Positions 9,179 through 15,821 of a stretch of 15,821 nt of DNA are shown piece after piece. The position numbers and the translations under genes are program-made. Numbering within the stretch: position 1 is the stretch's first letter; each line of letters opens with the position of its first letter. Under the pieces are notes generated by a model, which saw nothing but the letters and a program-made list of their open reading frames with translations, did not search any database and was not told where the DNA came from. This DNA comes from a virus: UHGV virus genome UHGV-1826220; one strand, written 5' to 3'.

Positions 9179-9872
9179 CCGGGACTGCAGTGTTTCCCGG
9201 ACATCATCCGGTAGATGGCTGTAGGGGTTGCCATCCACCTTATGGCTGCCGCTGTAAATCAGCGTGATTTCCACGCCCTGTTTCTCCAGCGCAGCACCGT
9301 AATTACTGTGAGCCATCATGACGCCGATGGAGCCTGTCCGGGCGGTCTGCGTGACCAGACGCCGGGAGGCGGCACTGGCAAGCAGCTGACCTGCACTGCA
9401 GTTCATGTCGTTGGCCAGCGCCCATACCGGTTTTATGTCTCGCACACGGGCGATGATGTCAGCACAGTCAAATGCTCCCGCCACCATCCCGCCCGGTGTG
9501 TCCATATCCAGCAGAATGCCGTCCACCATCGGATCGCTGGCAGCCTGTTGCAGACGGGCGATAATGCCGTTGTAACCGGTCATCCCCGAATACGGCTGCA
9601 GCGCCCGCGTCCGGCTGACCAGCGTGCCGGACACCGGCAGCACGGCGATGCCGTTCATGACCTGATAACTGCGGGCCTGTCGTGGTCCGTCATCATCACC
9701 GGATAACGCCAGCGCCGCGGGTGCCTCTCCGGCAGTCAGGCTGTCGCCGGATACTGCATCCGTCAGGCGGCTGATCCCAAGCTGGCCTGCAAGCGCACAA
9801 AAGAAAACCCGCGCATAGGCGGGTTCAAGCATCAGCGGCTCATTAAAGGCCATGCTGGCAATATGCGGGAGA

Positions 9873-9892
<20 letters not shown>
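8573..9892 (-). CDS. C: Prohead protease / minor capsid protein gpC (439 aa, ClpP-like S49-type peptidase), GTG start
   Basis: Track ORF 8573..10027 (484 aa) trimmed to the GTG at 9892-9890 (reads VTAELRNLPHIASMAFNEPLML...), which is preceded by GGAGAAGAG; gives the lambda gpC length and the usual ~20-nt overlap with the B 3' end. Confidence 0.85.
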
Positions 9893-13573
<3,681 letters not shown>

Positions 13574-13599
<26 letters not shown>

Positions 13600-14119
13600 T
13601 CAGCAACCCCGGTATCAGTTCATCCAGCGCGGCTGCTTTGTTCATGGCTTTGATGATATCCCGTTTCAGGAAATCAACATGTCGGTTTTCCAGTTCCGGA
13701 AAACGCCGCTGCACCGACAGGGGGATCCCGTCGAGAATACTGGCAATTTCACCTGCGATCCGCGACAGCACGAAAGTACAGAATGCGGTTTCCACCACTT
13801 CAGCGGAGTCTCTGGCATTTTTCAGCTCCTGTGCGTCGGCCTGCGCACGCGTAAGTCGATGGCGTTCGTACTCAATAGTCCCTGGCTGGAGATCTGTCTC
13901 GCTGGCCTGCCGCAGTTCTTCAACTTCCCGGCGCAGCTTTTCGTTCTCAATTTCAGCATCCCTTTCGGCATACCATCTTATAACGGCGGCAGAGTCATAA
14001 AGCACCTCATTACCCTTGCCACCGCCTCGCAGAACGGGCATTCCCTGTTCCTGCCAGTTCTGAATGGTACGGATACTCGCACCGAAAATGTCAGCCAGCT
14101 GCTTTTTGTTGACTTCCAT
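13574..14119 (-). CDS. Nu1: Terminase small subunit gpNu1 (181 aa)
   Basis: Track ORF 13574..14119(-), 181 aa, MEVNKKQLADIFGASIRTIQNWQEQGMPVLRGGGKGNEVLYD...; sits immediately next to the cosB R-sites. Confidence 0.95.
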
Positions 14120-14143
14120 TGTTCATTCCACGGCCAAAAACAG

Positions 14144-14159
14144 AGAAAGGAAACGACAG
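14144..14159 (-). promoter_or_regulatory. cosB R1 element (gpNu1 binding site)
   Basis: AGAAAGGAAACGACAG, 25-40 bp upstream of the Nu1 start; perfect inverted copy at 14185-14200. Confidence 0.75.
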
Positions 14160-14184
14160 AGGCCCAAAAGCTCGTTTTCAGCAC

Positions 14185-14200
14185 CTGTCGTTTCCTTTCT
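14185..14200 (-). promoter_or_regulatory. cosB R2 element (gpNu1 binding site), inverted relative to R1
   Basis: CTGTCGTTTCCTTTCT is the exact reverse complement of 14144-14159. Confidence 0.75.
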
Positions 14201-14244
14201 TTTCAGGGGGTATTTTAAATAAAAACATTAAGTTACGACGAAGA

Positions 14245-14258
14245 AGAACGGAAACGCC
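14245..14258 (-). promoter_or_regulatory. cosB R3 element (gpNu1 binding site, degenerate copy)
   Basis: AGAACGGAAACGCC matches the R1 motif AGAAAGGAAACGAC at 12 of 14 positions, in the same orientation as R1. Confidence 0.65.
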
Positions 14259-14296
14259 TTAAACCGGAAAATTTTCATAAATAGCGAAAACCCGCG

Positions 14297-14308
14297 AGGT
14301 CGCCGCCC
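14297..14308 (-). other. cosN cohesive-end 12-mer (reverse complement of GGGCGGCGACCT); terminase nicking site, phage left and right ends joined here
   Basis: Plus-strand AGGTCGCCGCCC at 14297-14308, flanked by sequence I recall as the lambda left end (cosB side) and right end (cosQ side). Confidence 0.9.
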
Positions 14309-14343
14309 CGTAACCTGTCGGATCGCCGGAAAGGACCCGCAAA
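14309..14343 (-). other. cosQ-containing segment (right-end side of cosN); exact cosQ bounds not resolved
   Basis: CGTAACCTGTCGGATCGCCGGAAAGGACCCGC matches the recalled lambda right-terminal sequence with a few substitutions; cosQ is known to lie within about 30 bp of cosN on this side. Confidence 0.55.
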
Positions 14344-14360
14344 ATGATAATAATTATCAT
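14344..14360. promoter_or_regulatory. Perfect 17-bp palindrome ATGATAATAATTATCAT containing a 7-1-7 Fur-box-like inverted repeat (TGATAAT-A-ATTATCA)
   Basis: Reverse complement is identical except for the central base; matches the Fur 7-1-7 heptamer consensus. Function here is not established. Confidence 0.4.
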
Positions 14361-14507
14361 CTGCATGTCACAACGTGCATCTACGCCATCAAACCACGTC
14401 AAATAATCAATTATGACGCAGGTATCGTATTAATTGATCTGCATCAACTTAACGTAAAAACAACTTCAGACAATACAAATCAGCGACACTGAATACGGGA
14501 CAACCTC

Positions 14508-14741
14508 ATGTCAACGAAGAACAGAACCCGCAGAACAACAACCCGCAACATCCGCTTTCCTAACCAAATGATTGAACAAATTAACATCGCTCTTGATCAA
14601 AAAGGGTCCGGGAATTTCTCAGCCTGGGTCATTGAAGCCTGCCGCCGGAGACTGTGCTCAGAAAAAAGAGTTTCTTCTGAAGCAAACAAAGAAAAGAGTG
14701 ACATTACTGAATTGCTCAGAAAACAGGTCAGACCAGATTGA
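14508..14741 (+). CDS. Hypothetical small basic protein (77 aa), ribbon-helix-helix-like DNA-binding fold predicted
   Basis: Track ORF 14508..14741(+). Basic Thr/Arg-rich N-terminal arm, then a strand / helix / G-x-N turn / helix pattern (RNIRFPNQ, MIEQINIALDQ, KGSGN, FSAWVIEACRRRL) typical of Arc/MetJ/CopG proteins. No clear Shine-Dalgarno; coding status uncertain. Confidence 0.4.
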   Translation: MSTKNRTRRTTTRNIRFPNQMIEQINIALDQKGSGNFSAWVIEACRRRLCSEKRVSSEANKEKSDITELLRKQVRPD

Positions 14742-14798
14742 AGCAATTTAGATAATCGTGCAGACTACGCCCCCTCATATCACATGGAAGGTTTATCT

Positions 14799-15209
14799 AT
14801 GGATCAGGTAGTCATTTTTAAACAAATATTTGATAAAGTTCGAAACGATTTAAACTATCAATGGTTTTATTCTGAGCTAAAACGTCACAATGTCTCACAT
14901 TACATTTACTATTTAGCCACAGAGAATGTTCATATTGTATTAAAAAATGATAATACAGTGTTATTAAAGGGCCTAAAAAACATTGTGTCTGTCAAATTTT
15001 CAAAGGATAGGCATCTTATAGAAACGACCTCTAATAAGCTGAAATCCAGAGAGATCACATTTCAGGAATACAGAAGAAACCTTGCTAAAGCAGGAGTTTT
15101 TCGGTGGGTTACAAATATCCACGAACAAAAAAGATATTACTATACCTTTGATAATTCATTACTATTTACTGAAAGCATCCAGAAAACTACACAGATCTTA
15201 CCACGCTAA
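14799..15209 (+). CDS. YbcV-like (DUF1398) prophage protein, 136 aa from the second ATG (track ORF begins at 14784)
   Basis: Track ORF 14784..15209(+). The ATG at 14799 is preceded by GGAAGG 7 nt upstream, whereas 14784 has no Shine-Dalgarno. C-terminal motif ...[36 protein letters not shown]... resembles the YbcV/DUF1398 family as recalled. Strongly AT-rich codon usage unlike the structural genes. Confidence 0.6.
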
Positions 15210-15360
15210 ACCATAACGTCCGGCTTCTCTCACTCCTGAGCCGGACTGCATTGGTTTAATAAAAACCATCAACAATTGTGATTTAGATATTCGGAACCAT
15301 TCAAATATAACAAAACCCCGTAAAAACGAGGTTTATGGATAAATTTTATTATTGAATACA

Positions 15361-15537
15361 TCAGATTAAATTAATCTTGACATCATAGCTTTCAAGACCC
15401 GTCATTTTTTCCCGTGCGGTAAACTGAATACTGGTAACTTCTTTCCCGGTCTTTTTCTTAAGTTCAATAATTTTTTTTGTTATATATTCAGAAATATCTG
15501 CTTCTGCTTTTGTTTTTAAGTTTTCAATATTCATCAT
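15361..15537 (-). CDS. Hypothetical small protein (58 aa; 57 aa if the second ATG at 15534 is used), charged and Lys-rich
   Basis: Own translation of the reverse complement: MMNIENLKTKAEADISEYITKKIIELKKKTGKEVTSIQFTAREKMTGLESYDVKINLI, stop at 15363-15361. AAGAGGAA Shine-Dalgarno directly upstream; a TATAAT hexamer on the minus strand at 15573-15578. Below the 60-aa cutoff of the ORF track. Confidence 0.5.
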   Translation of the reverse strand: MMNIENLKTKAEADISEYITKKIIELKKKTGKEVTSIQFTAREKMTGLESYDVKINLI

Positions 15538-15705
15538 TTCCTCTTTTAGTCTGTTATGACTTTCCAGTTACACAGTAAGTCGATTATATGGTGCAAACGT
15601 GTAAAAGATAAGATGAAACATCGCAATAATCAACATACGATAGTCTAAATTTTACACAAACAGACAAAGAGAATTTTCCTGAATTATCAATGCAATAGCA
15701 TCAAA

Positions 15706-15821
15706 TCAACTCAAGAGCCTTATTGCTGCTTCCAGAATTTCTTCTGAAGTAACATGTCGATCCGCGGCTACATAAATGACTTTATGATCTCCGGTCAGAG
15801 ATGGAAACCCTGCGGCCATTA
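15706..15821 (-). CDS. Unidentified ORF, 3' end only (at least 37 codons, ...MAAGFPSLTGDHKVIYVAADRHVTSEEILEAAIRLLS, stop at 15708-15706); probably continues beyond the right window edge
   Basis: Open minus-strand frame from the window edge to TGA. The ATG at 15819-15817 could be a start, but the preceding partial codon is not a stop, so the frame may extend upstream outside the window. Confidence 0.25.
   Translation of the reverse strand, partial: MAAGFPSLTGDHKVIYVAADRHVTSEEILEAAIRLLS

Noticed and set aside
14400-14507. Sigma70 promoter for the plus-strand accessory ORFs (for example TTGATC at 14434-14439 with TAAAAA at 14455-14460)
   Set aside because: Several AT-rich hexamers can be paired but none has both good consensus and 16-18 bp spacing; in AT-rich DNA such matches arise by chance.
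15218-15246. Inverted repeat GTCCGGC...GCCGGAC just after the YbcV-like ORF, as a possible intrinsic terminator
   Set aside because: The loop is about 15 nt and no U-tract follows, so it is not a convincing rho-independent terminator. A second weak stem at about 15313-15333 (CCCCGT-AAAA-ACGAGG) has a mismatch and is equally marginal.

Overview
This window is the virion morphogenesis (late) module of a lambda-like siphovirus, read on the reverse strand relative to the conventional lambda map; nothing in it looks like an undescribed system. All major genes are on the minus strand in canonical lambda order, from right to left: Nu1, A, W, B, C (with nested Nu3), D, E, FI, FII, Z, U, V, G/G-T, H, M, L and the first 63 codons of K. 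Identifications rest on the supplied ORF translations, which match lambda proteins as I recall them; no alignment or database search was run. The cohesive-end site is internal (cosB R-sites 14144-14258, cosN 12-mer 14297-14308, cosQ side after 14309), so the phage ends are joined as in an integrated prophage, a circular replicative form or a concatemer. The structural module looks collinear with lambda, with tight gene packing, ATGA stop/start overlaps and no inserted morons. The only part with unexplained content is the AT-rich segment to the right of cos (about 14340-15821). It holds a perfect Fur-box-like palindrome, a small ribbon-helix-helix-like ORF, a YbcV/DUF1398-like ORF, a 58-aa minus-strand ORF below the 60-aa track cutoff, and a truncated ORF at the window edge. 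The many long plus-strand ORFs in the track across 183-13539 are antisense artefacts of the GC-rich minus-strand genes.
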